Assembly (NCBI RefSeq): GCF_963921235.1 | Contig: NC_086101.1 | Coordinates: forward strand, 10,914,001 to 10,978,000 | Origin: Mobula hypostoma | Taxonomy: Eukaryota | DNA: 64,000 nucleotides | Direction of reading: 5' to 3' | Shown here: piece by piece, positions 12,945 to 26,065 of the stretch | Numbering within the stretch: the stretch's first letter is position 1 | How the letters are laid out: each line of letters opens with the position of its first letter | Position numbers and translations under genes: made by a program | Notes under the pieces: model-generated | Databases searched by the model: none | What the model was told of the DNA's origin: nothing | Seen by the model: the letters and a program-made list of their open reading frames with translations, nothing else

Positions 12945-13250
12945 AGGATTGCAATAGGATCAGAAGATGTTGAATCCCTGTGGGTTGAGTTAAGAAACTG
13001 CAAGGGTAAAAGGACCCCGATGGCAGTTATATACAGGCCTGCAAACTGTAGCTGGGAGGTGGTCCACAGATGACAACAGGAAATAGAAAAGGCATGTCAA
13101 AAAGGCAATGTTATGATAGTCATGAGAGATTTTAACATACAGGTCAATTGGGAAAATAAGGTTGGTGATGGATCTCAAGAAAGTGACTTTCTTGGTCGCC
13201 TAAGAGATGGATTTTAGAGCAGTTTGTTGTTGAGCATGCTAGGGGATCAG
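12945..13250 (+). mobile_element. Degraded CR1 endonuclease fragment
   Basis: VESLWVELRNCKGKRT..VIYRP, then a DFN-like motif. Confidence 0.75.
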
Positions 13251-13364
13251 TTAGGAAAAAGATTACAGAAGAAGTCATGGTTAGAAGCAATGCATGCAAA
13301 ATGCTGGAGGAGCTCAGCAGGTCAGGCGGTCTTTACAGAGGGGAGTTAAGAGAATGTAACTTTC

Positions 13365-14378
13365 CTATCAAGTTACAGGGAAGTTGCTAACATGGTTAGA
13401 CCATTGGCTGATTGGAAGGAGGCAGCGAGTGGGAATAAAAGGATCCTTTTCTGGTTGGCTGCCAGTAACTGGTGGTGTTCTGCAGGGGTCAGTGTTGGAA
13501 CCACTTCTTTTTATGCTGTATATAAATGATTTAGATGATAAAATAGATGGCTTTGTTGTCAAGTTTGCAGATGTTACAAAGATTGGTGGAGGGGCAGGTA
13601 GTATTGAGGAAACAGGTAGGATGCAGAAGGACTTAGACAGATTAGGAGAATGGGCGAGAAAGTGGCAAATGAATTATAATGTTGGAAAATGCATGGTTAC
13701 GAACTTTGGTAGTAGAAGTAAATGTGTGGACCATTTTCTAAGCGGGGAGAAAATTGAAAAGCCTGAGATGCAAAAGGGCTTGGGAGTCCTTGTGTGGAAT
13801 ACCATAAAGGTTAACTTGCAGGTTAAGTCAGTGGTGAGGAAGACAAATGCAATGTCAGCATTCATTTCAAGAGGTCCAAATACAAACGCAGGAATGTGAT
13901 GCGGAGGCTTTATAAGGCACTGGCGATGCCTCACCTTGAGTATTGTGAACAGTTTTGCACTCCTCATCTGAGATGAGATGTACTGGCATTGGAGAGGATC
14001 CAGAGGATGTTCACAAAGGTGATTCCAGGAATGAAAAGGTTATCATATGAGACACGTTTGATGACTCTGGGTGTACTCACTGGAATTTAGAAGGATGAGG
14101 GGGGATGTCATTGAAACAGAGATGTGGAGACATTTCTTTAGCCAACAGGTGGTGAAATTGTGGAATTTGTTGCCATGTGCCCCTGTGGAGGCCAGGTCAC
14201 TGGGTGTATTTAAGGAAGAGATTGATAGGTTCTTGATTGGACATGGCATTTAATGTTACAGGGAGAAGGCCAGGAAATGGAGTTGAGGAGGAGGATAAAA
14301 AGGATCAGCCATGACTCAATGGCGGAGCAGAGTCGATGAGCCAAATGGCCTAATTCTGCTCCTATGTCTTCTGGTCTT
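13365..14378 (+). mobile_element. CR1 RT/3' fragment with an internal deletion near 14115
   Basis: ORF 13384-13899 (GVLQGSVL..LFMLYINDL..KFAD) and CR1 3' UTR. Confidence 0.88.
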
Positions 14379-14995
14379 ATTGTTCCTTTTACCAAAATGC
14401 ATTATTGTACATTTCCTAACATCTGCTATTTTTTGCCCATTCTTTCAATTTGTCTAAGTCCTTGCTTCCTCAGTTTCTTTGCTTCCTCAGCACTACCTAC
14501 CCCTGCACCCATCTTCATATCAACCACAAACTTTGCCTCAAAACCATCAATTCCATTCTAAATCATTGACGAACAATGTGAAAGGCAGCAGTCCCAATAC
14601 TGACCCCGAGGAACACCACCAGACACCGGCAGTCAACCAGAAAAGGCCCCTTTTATTCCCACTTGCTGCCTCCTGCCCGTCAGCCATTCCTCTGTCCATG
14701 CCAGTATCCTTCCTGTAACACAAGATGATTTTAATCTTGTTATGCAGCCTCACGTGTGGCACCTTATAAAACGCCTTCTGAAAATCCAAATGAATGACAT
14801 CCCCTTCCTCTACTTTGTCCACCCTGCTTGTTACTTCCTCAAAAATCTCTTAACTGATTTGTCAGGCAAGATTTCCCTTCACAGAAACCATACTGACTTC
14901 AACTTATTTTATCATTAGACTCCAGCACTTTCTCTACCACTGAGGTTAGGCTTACTGGACTGTAATTTCCTTTCATTTGCCCTGTTCCATTCTAA

Positions 14996-16121
14996 ATGAG
15001 GATGGAGGAGCGGGTAGTGTTGAGGAAACAGAGAGACTTAATTGGTTTAGGGGAATGTGCAAAGAAGCGGCAAATGAAATACAATGTTGGAAGTTGTATG
15101 GTCATGCATATTGATGGGAGAAATAAACGAGCAGACTATTATATAGATGGGGAGAGAATTCAAAAATTCAGAGATGCAAAGGGACTTGGGAGTACTTGTG
15201 CAGGATACCCTAAAGGTTAACCTTTAGGTTGAGACAGAGGTGAAGAAGGAGAACGCAATGATGGCATTAATTTCTAGAGGTATAGAATATAAGAGTAGGG
15301 ATGTGATGTTGAGGCTCTATAAGACATTCGTGAGACCACACTTGGAGTTTTGTGTGCAGTTTTGGGCTCCTTATTTAGATAGATAGATAGACAGATATAT
15401 ATATATACTGTATTGATCCCGAGGGAAATTGGGTTTTGTTACAACTGCACCAACCAAGAATAGAGCATAATATAGCAATGCAAAACCACAGACAATCAAA
15501 CAACAAAATACAAACTATGCCAGATAGAAAATAAGTCCAGGACCAGCCTATTGGCTCAGGGTGTCTAACCCTCCACGGGAGGAGCTGCTAGAAAGGATAT
15601 ACTGACAGTGGAGACTGTTCAGAGAAGATACACGAGAACCAATGAAAGGCTTACCATATGAGAAACTCCTGGCTGCTCTTGTGTGTGTTCCCCAGATTTC
15701 AGGAGAATGAGGGGGTATCTCATAGAAACATTCCGAATTTTAAAAGGCCCGAACAGATTAGATATAGCAAAGTCATTTCACATGTTAAGGGAATCTAGGA
15801 GAAGGGGCACGAATTCAGGATTGAAAGATGTCCATTTAGAACTGAGATGTGGAGAAATTACTTTCATCAGCGGGTGGTAAACCTGTGGGATTTGCTGCAC
15901 GAGCAGCTGTGGAGGCTACGTCATTGGGTGTGTTTAGGGCAGAGATAGATAGGTTCTTGATTAGCCAGGCCAACAAAGGGTATGGGGAGAAGGCAGGGGA
16001 GTGGGGATGACTAGAAGAATTGGAGAATTAGATCAGCCCATGATTGAATGGTGGAGCAGACTCAATGGGCCAAAAGGCCTACTGCCTCTTCTATATCTTA
16101 TGGTTTTAAGGTCTTATGGTC
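14996..16121 (+). mobile_element. CR1 3' fragment carrying a nested LINE tail
   Basis: Degenerate RT C-terminus and CR1 3' UTR with (tcttatgg)-type tail. Confidence 0.8.
15381..15588 (-). mobile_element. Short LINE 3' end with (TCTA)n tail, Rex1-like
   Basis: Minus strand ...aatttccctcgggatcaatacag followed by tatctatc repeats; TAGA duplicated at 15377-15380 and 15589-15592 inside the host CR1. Confidence 0.6.
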
Positions 16122-17014
16122 TTAAAGGGTGGAGTGACATTTCCACTCTTCCAGTCCTCTGGGACCATGCTAGAATCATGTGAAACTTGAAGGTTCATGA
16201 CCAATGCATCTGCTATCTCTTCTGCAACCTCTCAGGACTCTAGGATGTGCTCCATCTGACCCACGTGACTTATCTACCACAAGAACTTTGAGCTTGCCTG
16301 GCACTTTTTCCTTTGTAATAGTAATTGCACGCCCTCCTGCCCACTGTCACTCATGGACCTCTGACACACTGCTTGTGTCTTCCACAGTGAAGACAGATGC
16401 AAAGTTCCATTTAAGTTCATCTGCCATTTCTTTGTCCCCATTAAAACCCCACCGGCATCATTTTCCAGTGAGTGAATATCAACTCTTACCTCTGTTTTAC
16501 TCTTTATATGGCTGAAAAATACTTGTTGTAACCTTCTTTATATTATTGGCTAGTTTACCCTCATATTTCATCTTTTCCTTCATATAGCTTTTTTCATTGC
16601 CTTTTGTAGGATTTTAACAGCTTCCCAATTATCCAACTTCCCACTAACTTTTGCTACCTTATATGCCCTTTCCTTGGCTTTTATGCAGTCCTTAACTTCC
16701 TTTGTCAGCCACAGTTGTCTGCCCTTGCCATTTGAGAACTTCTTCCTCTGTGGGACATAACTATCCGGTGCCTTGTGATCTATTCCCAGAAACCTCAGCC
16801 ATCTCTGCTCTGCTGTCATCCCCACCAGTGTCCTCCTCCAATCCTCCTGGGCAAGCTCCTCTCTCGTACCTCTGTAATTCCCTTTATTCCATTGTGATAC
16901 TGATAGATGTGAGTTATGCTTCTCCCTCTCAAACTGCTCTATTAACTGTTTTTTTTTAGTAATAGTTCTAATAGCAACCTTGGTCTGCACCCGATCACAG
17001 TCATTATACCTTCT

Positions 17015-17150
17015 CTCCACTGTACAGGACTTTGCAACTTAAAACTTCCTGTTTTTCCAATTCTGATGGAAGGTCCTTGGCCCAAAATACTGACTCTTTT
17101 GCTCGGCAAATGTTTCCTGGCCTGCTGAATTCTTCAGAAATTTGGTATAC
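17015..17150 (+). mobile_element. Degenerate Penelope-type 3' terminal fragment
   Basis: ctgatggaaggtccttggcccaaaa...cctggcctgctgaattcttcag resembles the reverse complement of 46949-47045. Confidence 0.55.
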
Positions 17151-17694
17151 ACCACAATGTATTTTACTAGAATATAATTTTCCATTTCTGAACAAATGTT
17201 GTGTTGCACTGGATAATTTTCTTCTATTTCCACAATTTTATCCATCATTCTTTGCCATGTATTAAAAGCCCAGAGTGCACTTAACTCTCAAGTTAGTCAA
17301 TACTTGGTCATTTGTTTAAACTTTGGGAGAATTTCTCCTTGCGTATATCTTATAGAGAAAAAGAAATAAGAGGAAAAAATACATGAAGTGCAATTTCCTG
17401 ACAGTTAAACTCTGCCACCGTTTGCAGCCAACTTTCTCAGTCCCTGAAGTTGCTCAATCACTTGATGAACCTTTGTGAGAAATCTTGCTGCATATGTTGG
17501 TCATGACAAACGTTGTGTCACAGGAGGTACAGAGTTAACATGAGAAGGATTGTGAGGGAAGCCGTGGCCTGATGAAGAAACACTGATGCTAACAGCAGAG
17601 TTGTTTTCTTAGGACACTGTCAGTTGATCAAAGGAAATCCAGGAAGTTAGTTAGTTACTACTGGGGTAATTACTCATGTACCTCAAACCAAAAG

Positions 17695-18025
17695 CAACAC
17701 AGCAGCTCATATAGTATTATTGGTTCGCAGATTAAAGGACTCAGTTGTAATCCTGACCACAAGCCTTGTTTGTGGAATTTACACATTTTCTCTGTGACAG
17801 TGCAGGATTGCCCTGCATGCTTAGTTTACTCATGCATCCCATAAACTCTCAGATTGGTTAGCTAATTGGTTGCTGTAAATAGTGTAACGACTTGAGGAAA
17901 GTTTGGGGAGCTGATGTGAATATGATTAGAATAAAATGAATGAGGGCAGGATTAATGTCAGTGGATGTTTGATGTTAACACAAATTTTGTGGACCAACTG
18001 GCCTGTTTCCATACTGTTTCATTTT
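17695..18025 (+). mobile_element. Degenerate V-SINE/HE1-like SINE
   Basis: Central tgtggaatttacacattttctctgtgac...catccca segment resembles 48865-49185; CR1-like tail ggcctgtttccatactgt. Confidence 0.5.
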
Positions 18026-18061
18026 GTAAATCAATCAAAGTAAATAAAATATGCTAGTTAT

Positions 18062-18279
18062 AAAAGGATCTAGTGCTTTCCCAGCGTATATGATAAATAA
18101 ACTCTTCTCGGACTTCCAGCCGCATACAGGTCTCGATTTTAACCACAGTTTCGATGATAAACTCTGCCACACCACCGACTAGACATTCCCTGGCATCATC
18201 CCTGATGAAGATAGCAGAGTTTGTCATTGAAAAGTTGGTTAAAATCGATAGCTGTAACCATTTGGAAGAGTTTATTCAT
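18062..18279. mobile_element. Palindromic Penelope-derived mini-element with a hammerhead-like core
   Basis: Inverted arms at about 18096-18170 and 18209-18276; CTGATGA at 18202 and GAAA at 18229; 12-bp direct repeat TATGCTAGTTAT at 18050-18061 and 18280-18291. Confidence 0.7.
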
Positions 18280-18682
18280 TATGCTAGTTATGTTTTTATT
18301 CTATCTTTTGACTTTTAGACCTTACTCCATATCTGCATTTAAGTTCTAGAATTGAGTAAATAACACTCCAATCATTCCCAACCTGTTTTCCAAAATACCA
18401 ATTCATGTTCTTCACTAATTATTTATTTTCAAAATGTGGGAATCTCATACCTGGCATCTGTAAGCACAGCATGACTTGCAACCTTAATTGGAATTACATC
18501 TCGCTATTATGGAATTGTGGTTTTTATTTCATTGAGTGTATGACCAGATCAATACCTTTTGATGAATAAATCAAGGCATGAGAGATTCAAAGATATAGGT
18601 AGAGAGGGAAAGAGAAAGAAGATAAGTTTCTAAACAAACCTGTTAACTCACATCACCGTTTTACTCTTTCTTTGGGCACCTT

Positions 18683-21600
18683 TCAACATGCAGGTAGACT
18701 GGAGGAATCAGGCTGGTACTGGACCCCAAGAAAAGGAGTTTGTGGAGTCCCTCCGAGATGGATTCTTAGAACAGCTTGTACTGGAGCCTACCAGAGAGAA
18801 TGCAATTCTAGATTTAGTGTTGTGCTATGAACCGCAGATTTGATCAGGGACCTGGAGGTAAAGGAGCCATTAGGAGGTAGTGACCATAATATGATAAGTT
18901 TTAATCTACAATTTGAGAGAGAGAAGGGAAACTCGGAAGTGTCAGTATTACAGTTGAACAAAGGGAACTATGGTGCTATGAGGGAGGAGCTGGCCAAAGT
19001 TCAATGGAACAATACCCTAGCAGGGATGACAGTGGAAAAGCAATGGCAAATGTTTCTGGGAATAATGTAGAAGGTGCAAGATCAGTTCGTTCCAAGGAGG
19101 AAGAAAGATCCTAAGGGGAGTAAGGGAAGGCCGTGGCTGACAAAGGAAGTAATGGACAGTATAAATATAAAAGAGAAGAAATATAACGTAGCAAAGACGA
19201 GTGGAAAGCCGGAGGATTGGGAAAGTTTGAAAGAGCAACAGAAAGTAACTAAAAAGGCAATATGCAGACAGAAAATGAGGTACAAAGGTAAACTAGCCAG
19301 GAATATAAAGGAGGATAGTCAAAGCTTCTTTAGGTATGTGAAAAGGGAAAAAAAATAGTTAAGACCAAAATTGGGCCCTTGAAGACAGAAGCGGGTGAAT
19401 TTATTATGGGGAACAAGGAAATGGCAGACGAGTTGAACAGGTACTTTGGATCAGTCTTCACTAGGGAAGACACAAACAATCTCCCAGATGTAATAGTGGC
19501 CAAAGGACCTAGGATAATGGATGAATTGAAAGAAATTTATATGAGGCAGGAAATGGTGTTGGATAGGCTGTTGGGTCTGAAGGTTGATAAGTCCCTGGGA
19601 CCTGATGGTCTGCATCCCAGGGTACTTAAGGAGGAGGCTTTAGAAATCAGGGATGCATTGGTAATCATTTTCCAATGTTCTATAGATTCAGGATCAGTTC
19701 CTGTGGATTGGAGGGTGGCTAATGTTGTCCCTCTCTTCAAGAAGGGAGGAAGAGAGAAAACAGGGAATTATAGACTGGTTAGCCTGACGTCGGCGGTGGG
19801 AACGATGCTGGAGTCAATTATAAAAGATGAAATTACGACACATCTGGATGGTAGTAACAGGATTGGTCCGAGTCAGCATGGATTTACAAAGGGAAATCGT
19901 GCTTGACTAATCTTCTGAAAGTTTTTGATGATGTAACTATGAAAATGGACAAGGGAGAGCCAGTGGATGTAGTGTACCTGGACTTTCAGAAAACCTTTGA
20001 TAAAGTCCCACATAGGAGATTAGTGGGCAAAATTAGGGCACATGGTATTGGGGGCAGAGTACTGACATGGATTGAAAATTGGCTGGCTGACAGAAAACAA
20101 AGAGTAGCAATTAACGGGTCCCTTTCGGAATGGCAGGCAGTGACCAGTGGGGTACCGCAGGGTTCATAGAAACATAGAAACATAGAAAATAGGTGCAGGA
20201 GTAGGCCATTCGGCCCTTCGAGCCTGCACCACCATTTATTATGATCATGGCTGATCATCCAACTCAGAACCCCGCCCCAGCCTTCCCTCCATACCCCCTG
20301 ACCCCCGTAGCCACAAGGGCCATATCTAACTCCCTCTTAAATATAGCCAATGAACCAGCCTCAAATGTTTCCTGTGGCAGAGAATTCCACGGATTCACCA
20401 CTGTCTGTGTGAAGAAGTTTTTCCTAATCTCGGTCCTAAAAGGCTTCCCCTTTATCCTCAAACTGTGACCCCTTGTTCTGGACTTCCCCAACATCGGGAA
20501 CAATCTTCCTGCATCTAGCCTGTACAATCCCTTCAGGATTTTATACGTTTCAATCAGATCCCCCCTCAATCTTCTAAATTCCAACGAGTACAAGCCTAGT
20601 TCATCCAGTCTTTCTTCATATGAAAGTCCTGCCATCCCAGGAATCAATCTGGTGAACCTTCTTTGTACTCCCTCTATGGCAAGGATGTCTTTCCTCAGAT
20701 TAGGGGACCAAAACTGCACACAATACTGCAGGTGTGGTCTCACCAAGGCCTTGTACAACTGCAGTAGTACCTCCCTGCTCCTGTACTCGAATCCTTTCAC
20801 TATAAATGCCAGCATACCATTCGCCTTTTTCACCGCCTGCTGTACCTGCATGCCCACTTTCAATGACTGGTGTATAATGACACACAGGTCTCGTTGCACC
20901 TCCCCTTTTCCTAATCGGCCACCATTCAGATAATAATCTGTTTTCCTATTTTTGCCACCAAAGTGGATAACTTCACATTTATCCACATTAAATTGCATCT
21001 GCCATGAATTTGCCCACTCACCCAACCTATCCAAGTCACTCTGCATCCTCTTAGCATCCTCCTCACAGCTAACACTGCCACCCAGCTTCGTGTCATCCGC
21101 AAACTTGGAGATGCTGCATTTAATTCCCACATCCAAGTCATTAATATATATTGTAAACAACTGGGGTCCCAGCACTGAGCCTTGCGGTACCCCACTAGTC
21201 ACCGCCTGCCATTCTGAAAAGGTCCCGTTTATTCCCACTATTTGCTTCCTGTCTGCTAACCAATTCTCTATCCACATCAATACCTTACCCCCAATACAGT
21301 GTGCTTTAAGTTTGCACACTAATCTCCTGTGTGGGACCTTGTCAAAAGCCTTTTGAAAATCCAAATATACCACATCCACTGGTTCTCCCCTATCCACTCT
21401 AATAGTTACATCCTCAAAAAATTCTATGAGATTCGTCAGACATGATTTTCCTTTCACAAATCCATGCTGACTTTGTCCGATCATTTCACTGCTTTCCAAA
21501 TGTGCTGTTATCACATCTTTGATAACTGACTCCAGCAGTTTCCCCACCACCGACGTTAGGCTAACCGGTCTATAATTCCCCAGTTTCTCTCTCCCTCCTT

Positions 21601-23340
21601 TTTTAAAAAGTGGAGTTACATTAGCCACCCTCCAATCCTCAGGAACTAGTCCAGAATCTAACGAGTTTTGAAAAATTATCACTAATGCATCCACTATTTC
21701 TTGGGCTACTTCCTTAAGCACTCTAGGATGCAGACCATCTGGCCCTGGGGATTCATCTGCCTTCAATCCCTTCAATTTACCTAACACCACTTCCCTACTA
21801 ACATGTATTTCGCTCAGTTCCTCCATCTCACTGGACCCTCTGTCCCCTACTATTTCTGGAAGATTATTTATGTCCTCCTTAGTGAAGACAGAACCAAAGT
21901 AATTATTCAATTGGTCTGCCATGTCCTTGCTCCCCATAATCAATTCACCTGTTTCTGTCTGTAGGGGACCTACATTTGTCTTTACCAGTCTTTTCCTTTT
22001 CACATATCTATAAAAGCTTTTACAGTCAGTTTTTATGTTCCCTGCCAGTTTTCTCTCATAATTTTTTTCCCCTTCCTAATTAAGCCCTTTGTCCTCCTCT
22101 GCTGAACTCTGAATTTCTCCCAGTCCTCAGGTGAGCCACTTTCTCTGGCTAATTTGTATGCTTCTTCTTTGGAATTGATACTATCCCTAATTTCTCTTGT
22201 CAGCCACGGGTGCACTACCTTCCTTGATTTATTCTTTTGCCAAACTGGGATGAACAATTGTTTGCGGATGTTGTTCCATTATTCAAGAAAGGGAGTGGAG
22301 ATTGGCCAGGAAATTATACACCAGTGAGTCTTTGGAATTGATACTATCAGTGCTCGGACCGCAGCTGTTTACAGTATATATTAATGATTTAGATGAGGGA
22401 ATTAAAAGTAGCATTAGCAAATTTGCTGATGACACAAAGCAGTGTGAAATGTGAGGAGGATGTTATGAGAATGCAGTGTGTCTTGGACAGGCTGGGTGAG
22501 TGGGCAAATGCATGGCAGATGCATTTTAATGTGGATAAATGTGAGGTTATCCACTTTGGTGGTAAGAATGGGAAGGCAGATTATTGTCTAAATGGAGTCA
22601 AGTTAGGGAAGGGGGAAGCACAACGAGATCGAGGTGTTCTTGTACATCAGTCACTGAAAGCAAGCATGCAAGTACAGCAGGCAGTGAAGAAAGCTAATGG
22701 CATGCTGGCCTTCATAACAAGGGGAATTGAGTATAAGGGCAAAGAGGTCCTTCTGCAGCTGTACAGGGCCCTGGTAAGACCACACCTGGAGTACTGTGTG
22801 CAGTTCTGGTCTCCAAATTTGAGGAAGGACATTCTTGCAGCGTAGGTTCACAAGGTTAATTCCTGGGATGGCGGGACTGTCATATGTCGAAAGATTGGAG
22901 CGACTGGGCTTGTATACTCTGGAATTTAGAAGGCTGAGAGGGGATCTTATTGAAACATATAAGATTATTACGGGATTGGACATGCTGGAGGCAGGAAGCA
23001 TGTTCCCGCTGATGGGTGAGTCCAGAACCAGAGGCCACAGTTTAAGAATTAGGGGTAGGCCACTTAGAACGGAGCTGAGGAAAAACTTTTTCACCCAGAG
23101 AGTGGTGGATGTATGGAATGCTCTGCCCCAGAAGGCTGTGGAGGCCAAGTCTCTGGATGCTTTCAAAAGAGAGATGGATAGAGCTCTTAAAGATAGCGGA
23201 ATCAAAGGTCATGGAGATAAGGCAGGAACCGGATACTGATAGTGGATGATCAGCCATGATCACAGTGAATAGTGGTGCTGGCTCGAAGGGCCGAATGGTC
23301 TTCTACTGCACCTATTGTCTCTTGTCTGTTGTCTATTGTC
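18683..23340 (+). mobile_element. CR1 LINE ORF2, split into 18683-20166 and 22349-23340 by an inverted CR1
   Basis: ORFs 18840-20169 end at SGVPQGS and resume (S)VLGPQLF at 22349; ORFs 22393-23239; (ctattgt)-type tail. Confidence 0.92.
20167..22262 (-). mobile_element. Young 5'-truncated CR1 with an uninterrupted RT ORF (20264-22003, 579 aa)
   Basis: Complete RT domain (NYRPVSLTS, QHGF, DFQKAFD, GVPQGS, KFADD); near-identical to the reverse complement of about 53710-55799. Confidence 0.95.
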
Positions 23341-23759
23341 TTTATTCATGGAGTGGAAACCTGAAATCTGGGATAAAGTGAGTTCCTTATTACCAAAAGT
23401 TTCAATTTCTTGCACAGTATCTTAACACAGTTTAATAGGAAAAGAGTAGCTGGGGCAAGAGCAGGTCCCCTTTAGGATCAATATGGTGTCTGTTTGGAGC
23501 GATGGTAAATGGGCAAAGACTCGAGTAAGGATAAGAACATGAAAGCTGGTGAAGTCAGGGAAGAAAATAATGAAATCCAGGAACACATCAACATTATGAA
23601 GTTTTGGAGTTCCTGAAATGCATAAGGGTGGATTAATCCTTGAACTTTATTTTAGGATGTTATGTGAACCAAGGGAGGAGATGGTAAGGAGCTTTGCAGA
23701 GAATTTTGTATCATCCTGAGCTGTGAGGATCACTGATGTAGGGTCTCTATTTATGAAGG

Positions 23760-24085
23760 ACAGCAGAAATATAAATAAAAAGAGGGCATATAATGTAGCA
23801 AACAATAGAGGGAAGCTAGAGAATTGGGAAGCTTCTGAAAACCAACAGAAGGCAACTAAAAAAATAAATAAGAAGAGAAAAGATGAAATATGAAGTTATG
23901 CTAGCTAATAAGATTAAAGAGGAGACGCGAAGATTATTCAGATATATAATGAGTAACAGGGAGGATAGAGTGGGTATTGGACTGCTGGAAAATGAAGCTG
24001 GAGAGTCAGTAACAGTGGGGGGAGGGGGTCAAAGAAGTGGCAGATGAGCTCATTAAGTATTTTTGGTCAAAAATCATGTGGAAGG
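23760..24085 (+). mobile_element. Degraded CR1 ORF2 fragment
   Basis: gagaaaagatgaaatatgaa...ctggaaaatgaagctggagag resembles the APE-RT linker of other CR1 copies here. Confidence 0.6.
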
Positions 24086-24148
24086 CACTAAGTTTCAGAT
24101 TCAAGATGTAATTTCCTGTACACAAGTGCAAAATAGTACAAAATAACT

Positions 24149-24875
24149 TGTCACACCTCGCTATCAGGAGTGGGTGAGCTGCCCGACGAGGGTCACCGGT
24201 TGGAAAAAAAACAGATGGTAAGCAGCAACACACGTGAGTGCAAGGGGTTTTATTTGGTGCCAAGTTAAAAAAAGAACCAAAGCTGCCCAAAAGTTGTGAA
24301 GAAAAAAAGTACAGATATTTACAAACAGACAAGTGAAAACAAACGTACAACAATTTACAAATATATGGAGCCTTTCTCCATGATAGACTTTGTCATTAAC
24401 TTTCCAATAAAACTATTCACCAACCGTCAAATCCAACCTCCACACCTCTTCAGCAAAGCCAAGCTGAGGGTTTAAAATCTGCCTGCGTAGGGGTAGTGAG
24501 TCTGCTCCCACTAATCCAGGCATTATTTTAGGATGCCCAAAACTATCTCTCGGGTTTTCTGGGACTGTTCTGCGGTCTGCAAATCGATGTGACAGAGTGA
24601 GTGGAAAGAAATGAAACTGTTTGGAACACCTGTGTCTAGAATCCTTACTCTTATGTAGAGCAGACTAACTGAAGGGACTGTTTTGATTAGCCAAGCTAGT
24701 GATTGTTTTACTGTTGGGGTGTGTAAATGGTGAACTCCCAAGAACTGCAGAATGGGAGGGCAAAGTGTGTGAACTACTGAGGAAACTAGACCAGGGACAG
24801 AACGAGGGGAGTGACTAACCGGGCAAAGGGGGAAGGTTAGCAGGAGAATTAGCATTGCCAACCTGTTCAGACACA
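24149..24875 (-). mobile_element. Probable solo LTR (about 727 bp)
   Basis: TG...CA ends, flanked by TAACT (24144-24148) and TAATT (24876-24880); on the minus strand TTTAAA near 24471 precedes AATAAA near 24250. Confidence 0.55.
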
Positions 24876-26065
24876 TAATTGTTACACCAGATCTGAGAAA
24901 CACAAAAAAAACACAATAAAATAAGAATGCCTTAAATGTAAATATTAAGATTGCTTATGGACAAAGATTGATTGTGTGTCCATGAAGTAACGCTAGGCAC
25001 AGGAGTGTCTGTGCAAAGACTGACCGACAGGAAATAATCAAATGATGGTTGAGTGTGTGAAGTGGTGGGTTAGTGTGTGGAAGTTGTTGTGTACTTAGTA
25101 TTTCTGTAATATTTGAAAAAATTCTAAATATTCTGTTTAAGCATACTTTGTTGTGTACACAATGCATTCAAAGATCCAAGGTACATTTATTATCAGAGGT
25201 TCAAAGGTTCATTTTATTGTCAAATTATGCATGTACAATACAGCTCTGATATTTGTCGACTCCAGATAGCCATTAAATACAGACAGACTCCGAGTGTTGA
25301 TGAAAAAAAGCCAACACCGATGAGCACAAGAAAGAAAAGATCAAAGCTCGCAGATCACAAACCTCCCCCTCTCCCCGCAGCAAAAACACTACGACAAGAA
25401 CAATCCCCGACCCATCACTCGCAGAAAAGAACAGCGACAACAGCACCAAATCGCCAGTCCCCCATTACACACAAAAAAAATAGATCTCCCACCTGCCAAT
25501 CAGACACAACAAAAAAAACACTGAAAAGCTGAAGAAAATCAATTTAAAGTTCAGTCCAATAATCATATAAATCTCAGAACATGAGAACCTTTACCGTCTG
25601 CAAAGTGTGTATGTAGTAAACAACCCTGAGATTCATCTTCCCACAACCATGGAACAAAGAAAACCATGGGACCTGTTTGAAGATAAACATCAACCGCACC
25701 CCCCCCACACACAAAAAAAATTTAGCAAATGCGAAAGACGCAGTATATAAAACACCAACCCACTAAATGATCAAAGGAGTCCATGAATGTGCAGTTCAGT
25801 TCAATCTGTACCTTGCCGTTTGTTCTTTGCAGGCCGCCCTGATCAAAGTTGCACAAAGTAGCAACAAGAGGAGCAACCAGAAACCAGAAATACATCATAA
25901 CTGAACTACAGAGTCCATTCCACAAACTACATCGATTAACCATTGCACCATCAAGTAGGAAAGAGAGATCATTTAAATGCAGGAAAATTCCTCCGGGGGA
26001 AGTGAACGAGGGAGAGAGAGAGAAATTGTTACACACAGACATCTTCCTCTGGCAACAATGAGCAG

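Larger units (their letters stand above)
14380..16990 (-). mobile_element. Older CR1 fragment, interrupted by the + strand CR1 at 14996-16121
   Basis: ORFs 14547-14822 (LDFQKAF.KVPH) and 16580-17020; sequence resumes across the insert (ccattctaaa...ttaaagggtggagtgac). Confidence 0.8.

Noticed and set aside
25165..25960. Nested minus-strand repeat tails (tttatt-containing, A-rich)
   Set aside because: Probably non-autonomous LINE/SINE remnants, but family and boundaries could not be fixed.
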